Shown: piece after piece, positions 40,051 through 53,863 of the stretch | Numbering within the stretch: position 1 is the stretch's first letter | Layout: the number at the start of each line of letters is the position of its first letter | From: Mizuhopecten yessoensis | Taxonomy: Eukaryota | Reading direction: 5' to 3' | Length of the DNA stretch: 64,000 bases | Assembly: GCF_002113885.1 (NCBI RefSeq) | Contig: NW_018408532.1 | Coordinates: 606,685 to 670,684, forward strand | Notes under the pieces: generated by a model | Told to the model about the DNA's origin: nothing | What the model saw: only the letters and a program-made list of their open reading frames with translations | Database searches by the model: none | Made by a program: the position numbers and the translations under genes

Positions 40051-43000
40051 TTAGTGGAGACAAAGTAGTACGAACGTTTTAGGTGCTTTTACCTTTTTGG
40101 AGAAGGACATAAAAGTACATAATTCTAGATAGGAGAAAATATCCACACGCTTTATTGTCTTGACAAAAAATGAACATGCAATAAACGTGCAACTCAACCT
40201 GGATTCCTCCGCCTAGCAGCGCAGTAATATTGCTACCAAAGGTTAACTATACGCCATGTAAGTAAGATCAGATTTCGTAACGGTGCATGATCTTGTGTCG
40301 TATTAATAAAATCGCAATATCGTGATATAACAGTTCTCCCAAAGGTACAGAGCTAAAAGAATAATGTCAGCGGTTTTGGTGTCTTAAAAGTACAAGATAA
40401 AACAAGTCACAATTAGGATTCACATGACTTTGTACCATATTTAATCATTCTAAAAATGTCACTTGTACTCCAAGTCAAATTTAATTTTTAATTCGTCCAT
40501 ACTTTAATAAATCATTAGTCAGAATATCAGCTTGTGTTAAGCACGTTTTTTGTAAAATACAACTTGAATATAGCGTATGCCAACTCTAATATTTTATTGA
40601 CGGCAATGACGGAACCGTTGTATAAGTATCATACGCTCTGTATATTCAGGGCGTAAAGCTATTGTTATAGCATAACATATAATATTTACGCGCGCATATT
40701 TAAGATATATAGCCATGTCTAGCATTATAGATTATAGTATTTGCTGTTACGTTTAGGACGTACCAAAAATTGAATAAAGGCGAAATAACTCTTAGTGTCT
40801 CACTTAGAATATAAATAAAACACACATGTCGTACATTTGACCTTGACCTTCATGGGGTACGGAACTAGCGTTACGATCATAAGCTGTATGTATAGCAGTG
40901 ATATACGACATGCCAGTCCGATTTATGGCTCGTTTAACGATTCTCTGGCGTGGGGTGACCGTAAAATTGTTACCCTTGGTTACAGCTTCTTACATTTACA
41001 TACATACTACCATCAACTCTTCCCTCTTCTCCACTTCAGAAATGAACCTCATCAACGCGTAGTTACTCGTAATTTCGCTAATTTGATTATCCCGCGGGCT
41101 GTACATTTTACCGTCAGAGCAATTAACTCAACAGTTAAGGCCTATACCCGCATCAGTACACGGAAATACTTCAGTGGTGCTTCCTGGTAGCTATTTAGGA
41201 CATTCCTGATTGGTATTTATCAAAATAGAGTATGACATTGTGTTGCCATTAGCAACGTACAATGTCAAAGAAGTAGCACACGCCAGTTATACATTGTAGA
41301 GGTCGGCCTTGTCATCATTACTCATCTAAAATAAATCATAGCCTAATTTACTTGAAACTTCCATCAAGGAAGTCATTGCCAATTTTGTAGTTCATCAATT
41401 TAGACGGGTAGCTGTATTTTATGTTCATCCGTTGATGAAAGAGAAACTCAGAACTCTGTTACATAGTCATATTTAAAAAGGTGATGCATCTTCACTTGCT
41501 TTTGTGCAGATCGAATATTATCTGCAAACCCATGCAAATGCCTGAAACAAATACAACTTCGATGGGAATGGCGTGGATTTTGACAGATAGTAACAGGGAT
41601 TCTATTTCAGTTGAGATTTTATTTCAATGATAACCTACTACCCATGAATATATCTGCCATGTTACCGTTTTTGCAACCATTGTATATGCTGTATGTCAAC
41701 ATGACCCGATCACAAACTTATTTCACTGTTTACCATTATGATAGAAATGTTCACTAGAGCGGTGTCTTAAAACGTTGGTGACTACCTGCTTTCCCTGTAT
41801 TTGACAGGACACATCGATTGTCTCCAGAAACAAGAAAAAGGAAAACATTTATTTCAAAATCTGTTTCGTAAATGCAGAGAGCCAAACAAATCTGTTACTG
41901 TACCATATACCCATAACGAGGGGCTGGCGTACCTTTTCTGCTTTGATGTTCCTTCTGTCCCCGAACGCTAGCCTGGTATTTTGTGACGGTTCGTTGTCTT
42001 TCGTTTTGCTATATTGTCTTTTCTATTCCTATGGTCGGTTCTATTGCGCTCCCATTTTATTCTTGAGTGTTTTTCTTCTCTTCGAAATTGTAGCTTTTTA
42101 CGTTACCAAATGGGATACAACATAAAGAGGTAACATATACAGGATGCACCTATCGTGACATGAACGCGTCGGGAACGCCATCAACGCCAACGCTAACCAT
42201 ATTTACCTAACATTACCCAACTCCCATTGACCCAGAATTAGCAGGAATGTTACGTTTTTAAGCGGATAATGGTTTTACCATAATTCATTTTATTTTGAGT
42301 AAATGCAGGAGGTCATGAAAGCGTCGCTGAAGTTGGCAGCATCGTTGTACTTAAAACCAAACATGTAGTAAGAAGTACCCTGTATTGGAATCCCAACAAA
42401 AACGGAAAGTGATCCCTCGTACTGGTACACTGATGAGACACCTTGCAGACACGGAAACTTTTCTCTGTGTCCTGTTCTAATAAAGCCCTGAAGAGACTAC
42501 CTCAAGAACATAATTGAGAAGGGGCCGTTTACATTACATAGGTTATAATATTGTAATCGGAATTGCATTTTCCACATAATGACATAATATTTGTTATGAT
42601 ATACCTATTTTATAACATTATGTTTGTCTTTATATCCTTTAGTCATTAAAGCTAATGGGAGATTTTCTTGAGTCTGCCTCAGTACTTTTGAACACATCAA
42701 TATCACATACACGTGCATTAGTAATTCCTTTATAGGAAGAATTTATTATAGTATATGAAGCATATTTTCAAGTTTCTTGTGTGTGTTATATCTACTGTTG
42801 AGTTAAAACAAATCACAACAAAATTGGAAAACCTGTTTGACGTGGTAATGTCTGAGCTTGTGATACTTGTGGTTGGACAGAGGGTAAAGTCATCAACATT
42901 TCCAATCGACTTCTCCGCACTTCAGTAATGGATATGGGGAATTAACTTGAAACACACTTCTCGCCTGCTATGACTCTGACATAGACCTAACAGCCAAAGT

Positions 43001-43229
43001 CAAAACAACTTGTTCTACTGAGGATCCTCCTGATGTCTTCTAAACACTAATCCGTAATGTGTGTTGTGAAGACGAGAACGTTGATCACCGGTAATTTCGG
43101 TGATAGGGACAGTGAAGTCGATGAACTTTGGAAAGTTGAAGAACCAAACATTTCATTATCTAATTAATTTAGGAATATTTATGATAGATTTATATCTGAA
43201 ATCGATTTTATGAAATAACACTAACATGG

Positions 43230-43580
43230 AAAAACATCAAATACCACACGGCAAAGGAATCAATGTCCTTGTGGAACACAGAGAAACCAAAACAATATCA
43301 GGAACATAACAAAGAAAGCATTGTTTTATTTGGGATCAGAGAAACCATTGTTTTACTTGGGATCAGAGAAATCAATGTTTTACTTGGGATCAGAGAAACT
43401 AAAATACCAAACATAACACGCTAAAGGATTCAATGTGCTTGTGGAACACAGAGAGCCCTAAACATCATCTAGAACAAGGCAAAGGAACCATAGTTTACTT
43501 TGGGACAGGGAAACTAAAATACCTTACGTTACACGGCAAAGGTTTCAATGTGCTTTTGCCTACAGGGGAACCAAAACCCG
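43230..43580. repeat. Degenerate repeat cluster including GTTTTACTTGGGATCAGAGAAA x3 (27-bp period)
   Basis: Three copies at 43323-43400, within a larger diverged duplication (CAATGT..TTGTGGAACACAGAGA at 43261 and 43431). Confidence 0.65.
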
Positions 43581-43599
43581 AGTGCGGTCAATTAGGTAC

Positions 43600-44230
43600 A
43601 TGTATCTCCTATTACACTTTTATACCCTGATTTACACTATGATACTTCTTCCTTTACACTCAATTTCTATCTACACAATAACTATTTATTTACACTTTGT
43701 AAACCCTATTCACACTAGCATATCCTATGTTATATACTACGATATTTCTATTTCTATTTTGATATTTCTATTTACTCTTTAATATCTCTACTTACTTCCT
43801 ACTCTATACGACTTTAATTAAACTTTGTGGTTTTTTTTCTTACACTTCGATATCTCTATTAACACGTTTTGAGTTACACATAATTAAACCTGTATTTACA
43901 CAAAGACACTGTTATGTCTTTATTTACACTATACAATCGCTATTTACACTTTGATGTCTCTATTAATGGGGTTTTTCCTACATTTCAAAATATCTCTATT
44001 AACACGTTATAAGTTACACATAATTAAACCTGTATTTACACAAAGACACTGTTATGTCTTTATTTACACTATACAATCGCTATTTACACTTTGATGTCTC
44101 TATTAATACTCCAATAGCTGTATTTACACTACGGTTCAGCTCTATTTAAACTATAACATTTATATTTACATAATATCTTAATTACCACCATGACGCCTCT
44201 ATTAACATTGTAACAAGTCAATTTACAATA
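43600..44230. repeat. ~20-bp degenerate TATTTACACT repeat containing a recent 140-bp duplication
   Basis: Near-identical blocks start at 43851 and 43991. Confidence 0.8.
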
Positions 44231-45772
44231 CGATGGTATTCACTTAACAAACTCAATGGATATATCAAACGTTAAAACACACCCGCAGAATGTAATCAAT
44301 TTACAAATCGTTGCGTTATTTATAAACTTTGAATTTATCCCAGGCGGCGTTCTTAATTTGATTGAGAATACACCATCTGTCAGCTAGGGGGCTCCCAAAC
44401 TACCTAACAGACTGGCACATTTATCAGAAATCTTAATCACTCACTTTTGCGGGGAAAAAATCAACAAAATAAAAAAAATCAACAAAACAAAAAAACAAAG
44501 ATCAAAAGAAATCGACATATGGTGCTGTGAATGTCCGTTTTTTTATCTATAGTTTTTGTTTTCTATCGGCATCGACTGAATGTTTTTTTTTTAATAGATT
44601 TTATCTTACTTATTATTTAAGCAATTATTAGACAGATTATTTTCTGTTATCATTTACCTATTTCCAAAAGAGCAGCCCAGTATTAAAATAAACGATATCT
44701 GCCATTAGGTCCTGCCTCCCCAACGTCCCAGGCAGTCCTTATAAAAGGCAAAACCTCACGGGAACGTTACAGTTATTGCTGGAATACTCCACATGAACGA
44801 AAGTCTATCATAACCCGTATATTGTATTATTCATGAAGCTAAACAAAATTTCAAAGTAGCGACGGAAGGTAAAAATAAAGTAAGGATCAATAAAATCGGG
44901 TTTGACCGAGTATCTTCATGTGTGTAGTTTCGGGGAATAGTTTTGCTCGACCCGGGCCCACCTCATTATATATGCATGGGTGTTTGCCGCTTACAACATG
45001 ATGCTAACGGGACAAGTAACCCGAGATCAATATAGAATACAGCATAAAGAGAAAATAAAATTAACCTTCTCATCCAGCAATTCCATTGTAAGGAAGTCAG
45101 AGTTACACTTCAGAGCCACAATGCGTAGCAGTTGAACACTGTTTCTCTCGCTGTTGTAGTGAGAATTTAGTTGTCACTGGGCTGGAGATAATTGCTGAAT
45201 TATTCACGAAACTTTACAATAACGAAACTACGCATGTTTATAGTGTTTTTGTATGCAGATGATATAAATACGATTAAGAGTTCTAGAGAAGATGAATTGA
45301 AAGCTTGACTAATGTCTGGAACACAAATGCGTTTGCATGTAAGAGGACCATTTAACGATCGGTTACAACAACAAAGCGTCTGGCTTAACGTCGTATACCT
45401 TCAGACGGTCGGCGTTCTTTGGCGTCTTTACGAAGGTAGGCGCTTAGAGCACTTAAATCTACATGAACGTTGTACCGTAGTAGGGTAGTGAATTAAATGT
45501 TTCGTGACATCTGTTTCTTTTTCTTTTGATAATTTGAACAATTTTCATTATGACATGTTTTAAATGATTACAAGCATATATGACAGGTGATGTCAATATC
45601 TTGCATGTATAAACAAACCGATAGTCTATTTCAAGTTCGTTGACGTTTTAAACATACAGGTAATCTGTATCAAAGGATTTCAGGTGAAAACATATATAGA
45701 TAACGTCACACAGACAGTCTTCGTCAAAACCTTGGTATATTGTGGGAGGGTATGGTCTATTTCACACTATGT

Positions 45773-46445
45773 CAAGTACGTACAGGTGTAAACATAGATA
45801 TAGTATATGTCCGGCCTTTATGTCAAAGCCTTACAGATATATTGATTATGTGTCGCACTTTTTCAAGTACGTACAGGTGTAAACATAGATATAGTATATG
45901 TCCTGCCTTTATGTCAAACCATTACAGGTATATTGTTTATGTGTTGCACTTTTTCAAGTACGTACAGGTGTAAACATAGATATAGTATATGTCCTGCCTT
46001 TATGTCAAACTCTTACAGGTATATTGTTTATGTGTCGCACTTTTTCAAGTACGTACAGGTGTAAACATTGATATAGTCTATGTCCCATCTTTATTTCGAA
46101 CCATTACAGGTATATTGTTTATGTGTCGTACTTTTTCAAGTACGTACAGGTGTAAACATTGATATAGTCTATGTCCCATCTTTATGTCAAACCATTACAG
46201 GTATATTGTTTATGTGTCGTACTTTTTCAAGTACGTACAAGTGTAAGCATAGATATAGTATATGTCCTGCCTTTATGTCAAACCATTACAGGTATATTGT
46301 TTATGTGTCACACTTTTTCAAGTACGTACAGGTTTAAACATTGATATAGTCTATGCCCCATCTTTATGTCAAACCATTACAGGTATATTGTTTATGTGTC
46401 GTACTTTTTCAAGTACGTACAAGTGTAAGCATAGATATGGTCTTT
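45773..46445. repeat. 91-bp tandem repeat, ~7.4 copies
   Basis: CAAGTACGTACA recurs at 45773, 45864, 45955 and onward. Confidence 0.96.
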
Positions 46446-48571
46446 ATCCCACCCTTATTAGTGTAAGCAATGACAGTCTATGCCATAACATGTATAAATG
46501 CAACGTTAAACACCGATATATGTGAAACTGCGCGTGAAGGCCATAACGAACCGTGACATGTGAAAATATGCATTGGGCTATGTCAATGTCTTTACACGTG
46601 ATAACGCGCATGAGATCTTTGACAAGTATGCACACTTGTCTATAATCAGGTAGTCTATAATAAGTATATGCAATATATGCCAGTGATATCGCAGCATGTG
46701 AATTGACAAATTTTCTTCCAGACTCGCTTTCTACAATTCACATATCCGTTTGAAGCCAATAGTTGACACATTTCCATTGTTTGTGTAACTATATGTATGC
46801 ACCAATCAATTGCAAACATGTTTACAAACATCGCGTTGCTGACCAGTATTATGAACTGATATATTCTCACAGTGGATGTTTTGCCGGATTTGTCGTAGAC
46901 ATATATATTGTATTACGTAGCCATAAAAGTGTTTTTATCCAGCATTTCACTTATATGTTCTATTTACATATAAGCCTTCTCATTTGAGATTATCATGTAA
47001 CAGGATGTTTGTTGTCATTTGCATCATTTTGTTGTCCTGCTTTCCTAATTATGTTCAATTTTTCTCTTCTGAACATTTATTTCAGTTCAGATATTTTATT
47101 TTTACATATACCTTTTTGTTCGACTATCATTTGTATTTCGATTCAAGTGTTTTAATTTTTCTAAATGCTATAATGTTCATATTTGTGTATGTTCGATTGT
47201 TTTAATGAATACATTTATTGTATTCAATTGTTTTCATATACTATTTATGGTTTTTATTACTACTTTATTTCTGTTCAATGGTTTTAATTACTACTTCATT
47301 TATGTTAAATGGTTTTAATTACTACTTTTGTTCCTTTTCAATGGTTTTAATAACTTCTTTTGTTCCTCTTCAAGGATTACTGCTTTCGTTTCTGTTCAAT
47401 GATTTCAATTGCTACATGTACTTTCGTTCCTTTTCAATAGTTTTGATATTGTGTTTTGTTTTGATACTCTAGTTTTTATCACTGCATATACAATTACTGT
47501 TGTGCTAATAACCTACTTAATTTTTAGATTTGTCTCGGTTTCAATTACAACACCTGTATGATAGCGATGCAATAAGCAGTGACGCAGTGGCATATACAAG
47601 TCAAATATAAAACAATGTGACATAAAATTAGAAACGATTAAGCGTTGGTGACGAAATTAAGTTGTCTTAACCCTCAACGAAGACATGTTAATTGCAATAT
47701 GTGTAATAGTATGATAATTTCATGTATATTATCTGACGGTGAAGTTTTTTATCTAATGACTTGCATATTTTGTTTTTAATTCTAATATCACCGATTCTAT
47801 TTGTATCTTTATGCTTCATTACGCTAATGAACTTTGTTACAACTGAGCCTAATACTTTTGAAAAGTAGGAATATTTATTTATCGTCAAGGGAATTGGTGT
47901 CGGTTAATACATTTTAACACAATCGCAGTTGTAGGCCTTTGTGTATACCTATACACTGTATTATAAAAACCAGTTTTGTTTTATAGTATATTTTTCCGGG
48001 AAGATGTTGTCAGACCACCTACAGTCGAACCAAACTGCTATCATATTTAACGATATTCGCTTTATTCATGAAAGATGCAAAATGTATGCTGTAGTCCTTC
48101 ATGATTTCCGCCCAGTTCCGTAATTGCGAGGCGCGAGAAAAACATGGTCTGGAATGCATGCGCTAATTTATACTCGTATACCACAGCGGCACGTGAGTGA
48201 CTGTCCGGCTCAACCAAGATCCAAGTGAGAGGTGAACTAACCCCGCCGACAGTCAAATCTGTTCTCCTACTTGTCAGTCTGCATACCTCTCTTGCGTTTT
48301 CTGTCGTCATAAACCAGGTTTTTAGATTTGTATCAGAATGCGCTTTCTAATTAGCTGTGGGTGTTTCGGCTGCTGTTTGTAATACACTCGGTAGATAGGA
48401 TAATGTACTGTTTTAGTATACACGGCGCGGTACCACGCTTATCTACTCAGCTCTTTATGTCACTGACCAGCTCAAATATGCTGTACTACATGGACCAACA
48501 TGTAGACAATAAATAGATGTCCAAGGTATTCGAAGGAGGGATGAAAGGGGTGGTAAGTTTTTGTTGTCCTT

Positions 48572-48770
48572 ATCTATTCCACTTGTTGGGGGCTAGTTAC
48601 ACATAAAGGTGTACAATATAGATACACATTGGTGGTCACGTGTTTAGGTACCTATTCACTTCCGCTTGTTGGGGGCTAGTTACACATAAAGTTGTACAAT
48701 AGAGATATACAATGATGGTCATGTGTTCGTTGACCTATCCACGTCAGCTTATGGGGTACTAGTTATATCC
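48572..48770. repeat. 83-bp tandem duplication (~2.3 copies)
   Basis: CTTGTTGGGGGCTAGTTACACATAAAG at 48582 and 48665, with a diverged copy at 48748. Confidence 0.8.
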
Positions 48771-50504
48771 ACGTGTCATAGAAATATACAAAAAACTACG
48801 GATATGTATTCGTTGTGACCAGATCTGTGTATTCACATGTGATATATCATCTATTGATAAATCTGTGTTTATAAATGAGTACAATGCTTTAAACCTTTAT
48901 TGAAAGATGTATTACTCTTGATACACTGAGCATATGTTTCTGAGATGCCTGTTACTATTGTTAAACTATCACTGTTATGAACGATAAGAATGTGCAACAG
49001 ATCACCGTGTTTTGGTTTTGTTAAATAAGCTATAAAACCCATTACTCCCGCTGGTCGAGACCAGTACTTAACCATTCCTGTTATACATACTAATGACACA
49101 TGGGTTGTGATGTTCTTTGGTTCTGTTGTTGGACCACAAACTTCTCCAGCCTGTAGATAACGGTGTGATTCCCTACAATGTAGTGCTGTGCTTTGTGCCT
49201 CGACTTTCTCTCTTTCTCATCATAAACATCACCTATTCTCTTCTGCGCGGTGCTGGAGATGTAGGCGTTACGGCGTCTTTTTGTTCGTTTACGTGTTTAA
49301 ACCGTGACTCCGCGGCCTTCAAAGATAAGGATCGCTTTACAAAAATAGCAAGACTTTCGTTGATTCTGTAAGTACTGACAATGTACAATGACACATGCTT
49401 TTACTGCTTTATGAACGATTTATCACGCGCATGTGTTGAACTATGGTATGCAATATTTCTTCTATAGAATGCATGTCCATTTTTGGATGAAGGAGAGCGG
49501 AAAGAGCATGTGTTTGTTTAGTGTTTATTTGTTTATCGACACAAAAGAGCAACAAAATGGCAAACAGAAAACACTGCACAGTAGATAACTTCAAAGTAAA
49601 ATCACGAACAAATGGAATTTAAACTATAACAGCTAATAAAAATATGAAACTTCACCTAAATAGTCTGTGTCTTATTACCAATATTATTTCGAAGATGTAT
49701 TGAAGGATAACTGGTCTGGGAATTTAAAAAAAATGAAGACAAAAGATAACGTACATACCTGCTAAGTTATAAAACATATCGCTAACCAGTTTTAGATGAA
49801 CACAACTTATCATAAAAAGTTAGACACTGAATGGGCCGTCGCATTGTCTAAAGTACAGCTGGGCTTAATATTGAAGCAATAAGCATGAGTGGCATGTGAT
49901 TACCAGGGAAGAAACCGAAAAATAACAATACGGTAACAGAGTGTGGAGGGGTCGCGTAAACCGGAGGAATATATAGCTAGTTTATCACTTGTGATAACGC
50001 CATGATGTTTCTAGTAATGAACAGTGGAAACATTATGACAAACCATGTGGGACAATTTCTCTCGAGGCGTCGTTCATAACGTACATTGTATTTAAGAGAT
50101 GATAATCCAAACTGGCATTGCCCTTAGAAAAGAATCCCTTCCAAGTAACAATGTTTGTATAGTACAACATTCTTCCTGAACAAATTAGCAGGGACATCCC
50201 CAGCACGTGCCCTCACGTGCCGGAGAGAGGGCGCGAAGAAATATTTAGTGTTTAGCCGTGACGACCTTTGTAGACTGCACCTGGTAAGGTGAATGGTCGC
50301 GGTTCTAATGAAGGAAATTGTCTTGGACAATCTGGTTCTGGTTTTGTGTTTTCGGGATATTTATGTACGGGGTTATGCCAGTTTACGGTCGGGGACAGCT
50401 TTAAACAAAAACTCCTTTCTTCTTTTGTTTCATTATGTTTTTGCGGTGATATACGTTTCAGACGTTTCTTGCGTTCAAAAGATGATTCACAGGGAAATCC
50501 TTAC

Positions 50505-51056
50505 GCCTTGCCAATTATCAGGGACTAGCTACTAGCTGGGACATTCCCTTCGTCTTGTCTATTAGTAGGGACATCCCCGCCCCTTTACTATTATCAGGGA
50601 CATCCCTACGCCTCAACTTCAAGCATGGAAATTCCCGTCACCTTGCCTATTAGCAGGGACATCCCCGCGCCTTGGCTATTATCAGGGACATCCCCACGCC
50701 TTGGCTTCTAACAGGGACATTCTCTTCGCCTTGCCTATTAGTAGGGACATCCCTACGCCTTTTCTACTAGCAGGGACATTCCTACGCCTTGCCTATTATC
50801 AGGGACATCCCCATGCCTTGGCTACTAGCAGGGACATCCCTACGCCTTGCCTACTAGCAGGGACATCCCTACGCCTTGGCTACAAGCAGGGACATCCCTA
50901 CGCCTCGGCTACTAGCAGGGACATCCCTACGCCTTGGCTACTAGCAGGGACATCCCTACGCCTTGGCCACTAGCAGGGCCATCCCTACGCCTTGGCTACT
51001 AGCAGGGACATCCCCACGCCTTGGCTACTAGCAGGGACACCCCTATGCCTTTGCTA
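50505..51056. repeat. 29-bp minisatellite (CTACTAGCAGGGACATCCCTACGCCTTGG), ~18 copies
   Basis: CTACTAG at 50822 and 50851; an orphan partial monomer lies near 50187. Confidence 0.95.
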
Positions 51057-51467
51057 CTCCGCACATGTTACCATCTCTGTCCCATTTTCAAAGCTACTTG
51101 TATAAAATATGTAAGTGCTGTTTTTGCTAGTTTAGGTATCACTATACATATTTGTATAAGTGTGTATAACAGTTCACACTTAAATAGATATGTATTTCAC
51201 CTATTTAAAAGACTGCTGCGTATTTTTATCAATAAAAGTATCTGTCACTGTTTTATGTGCTTATCTACACAATAGCAGTGATCCTCCGATAATGTTTGAC
51301 TATGCATGTATTTCACTACAAATAGGTCTTTAGTGGTAATGGTATCTGAGCGTTTGTTTTACGTGTATCCGCTATTATAAATATGTGATTTAAGTACTTG
51401 TAGATCATTTTTATATTTTTTTTTGTATTGTTAAACACATAAACAATTGTTACGTTATAAACATCAA

Positions 51468-51591
51468 ATGTACATTTCACTCGTAACAGAGAATTATAAG
51501 GGGATATATTCATCATTCTCACATGTACATTTCACTCGTAACAGAGAATTATTAGGGGATATGTTCATCATTGTCACATGTACATTTCACT
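51468..51591. repeat. 55-bp tandem duplication (2.2 copies)
   Basis: ATGTACATTTCACT at 51468, 51523 and 51578. Confidence 0.9.
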
Positions 51592-53863
51592 TACATAACT
51601 CTTAAATAACGGCGTACGTATCCCTAGCCTGTCGATGTTACTGATATAATAGCTTCAGAACATCAGAATGACTAGCTTGGCGCCGTGCAATAACACGACT
51701 GGGTTAACCCCTTTCGACTCCAGACATACATAGGCACACTTACAATTACAACTACCAGAACCAATGAAAGTCAGCCTGAATCGTCGTGATCTCAAAAAGA
51801 CCTCAATAAATCCCGATAAACGGTTACATTGGAATGGCCTTGCTTTTAAGAATCGCTTTAGGAATGGAATTCTTGATTTTTTCAAGAATATTTATGTAAC
51901 TAATTTGGTCTAAATTGATACATCATTGACAGTATTTTAAAGTATGAACCCTTTTTTTCGTAAGATGTAGGAAACAAGTCTGACTTGATAACTGGTCCGT
52001 TCGTTTAAATGGCTTATATAAAGGGAATTCGGAGTGCTGCAAACATGCTCTGAGAAATGATGTACACATGAAGAGACAGTTTTATATTAAGATCTTTTTT
52101 CGAAGCCATTATTGCGATGTGCAATTCGGATTTTCGAGAGCTCGACAATGTAGACAGTATGTTTCGCTCGCAATCTGGAGGTTATTTTTATGATGATTAT
52201 CTGTTTTTGTTTCCAAATTACTTCTTGACTCCTGGAGAAAATATCGTCAATACGGAAATTGGCGGAGACACTGATCCCCCTGATAATACAGGTTCTTATC
52301 TAATATTACAGTATACCTTAGACACTGTTTGTGACTAACTAAATGGGTCGCTCAGAAGAACGTGCCCCGATTTTAATCAAGAAACGCAGAAGACATCAGC
52401 AACCTCCACTTATTCCACTTATTCCATTTTAATTCCTTAAGTTATACAACGTTTGATGAACAATGGTTTTGGACGTAATCTTATTTCATATCCCTATGTA
52501 AATGACAAAGAACAAGCAAATTTCAGTGTTATACAGCAGGCCTGTTCTTTCTCTGAACCTGCACAAAGTGTGACCATTTGTTTGTTTCGGGTTGAACGTT
52601 CTCGCAGCATCCAGGATCATATGAAGACTAGGTGACCATCTGACATTGCTAACTAACAGATAGGCAAGTTTCATCGATTACGAAGCTATGCTCTTAGAAC
52701 GATTTTTTGATATTTTCAGTTATAATCCAGAAATTATCGCGCCAGGTGTAATTTTATTCCTGAAATGATACTTATTAACATTTAACAACCTAAAACACAC
52801 ATATTTTAGGTGCATGCTCTTACCTGTGTAGGCGACCATGGGTTACGGTATACCCTTCATTTGCCATGACTAGTTTGTTGATTAACAATGAAAATATGAA
52901 ACGTTAACTGGCATACATTAGCCATCAAGTCTTCCTTTGCCATCCTTACGTTTACAATACATTTGCAATATATACCGCACTATATAAACGTACATGCACC
53001 ATTTGGCGTTTTCATGACAACAACACTCAAAGAGATCATCACATTTCGGTATTATTTATGGAATTCTGGATTGTTAACCTCTTTCTTTGTAAATATAATA
53101 TATGCTTAAGTGGAACCATTTCTTGCCAGTTTCCTCCTACGCTGACATACTATATTGAAAGAAAGATGAAAAGAGACAGGAGTATCAAATATCGGGAGTG
53201 TATTTCCGGAAGTTTCCTACCGATGTCTAATTAGTCACTGAATTGTCTGACCGATGTATCTAGGTCACCAAAAAGACATTGACATTAGTGCTACAATAGT
53301 TTCCACGTGCGTAGATAGTGGTAGGTACCACATATACGTGAATATAAATCACTCGCATGAGTTATGGTAAAGAGGCCTCCTACATTACTCTAAAAGTTAT
53401 TACTTACTAGAGTTTTGATTACTACCAACTATCATTCGTGTTGGCATTCAGAACATGATACCGCGGTTTTACCGGCCATTGTCCTCCCTAGTTAGGATAC
53501 AAACTACTTACTGATGATACTTTTGATCTCATTACCCGAATCGAGTACTTTGGTATACTCCCTGTTTCAATTGACACAAAAATTGTTAGGATTATTTTGC
53601 GCGTATGGATAATTTAAAAAGCGCATAGATACTCATATTTCTGAAGTAAGGTTAACGTTAATGCTACTACATGTATGCAGTCTGTGTACTCCGAATATAG
53701 AGGATCTGTCATAAGTTTCATATTTGATTTATGATACAAGTTTAGGGTTTTTCATGTTTGCAAGCCTCTGGCGAGTAAATATGAAAAATCAAAAACGAGT
53801 ATCATCAATCTTATATGTAGGGAATCGATATTTTTTTTATTTTTTTTTATCATATAATACAAA

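Noticed and set aside
42425-42475. Hammerhead ribozyme (CTGATGAG...GAAAC...GTC)
   Set aside because: Stem II and stem I cannot pair; the core words look coincidental.
46984-47472. Membrane-protein-like hydrophobic ORFs
   Set aside because: T-rich low-complexity and degenerate repeat sequence with non-ATG starts.
49409-49594. Signal-peptide-like small ORF (MKLSTVQCFLFAILLLFC...)
   Set aside because: It starts at TTG, not ATG, and its hydrophobicity reflects T-rich sequence.
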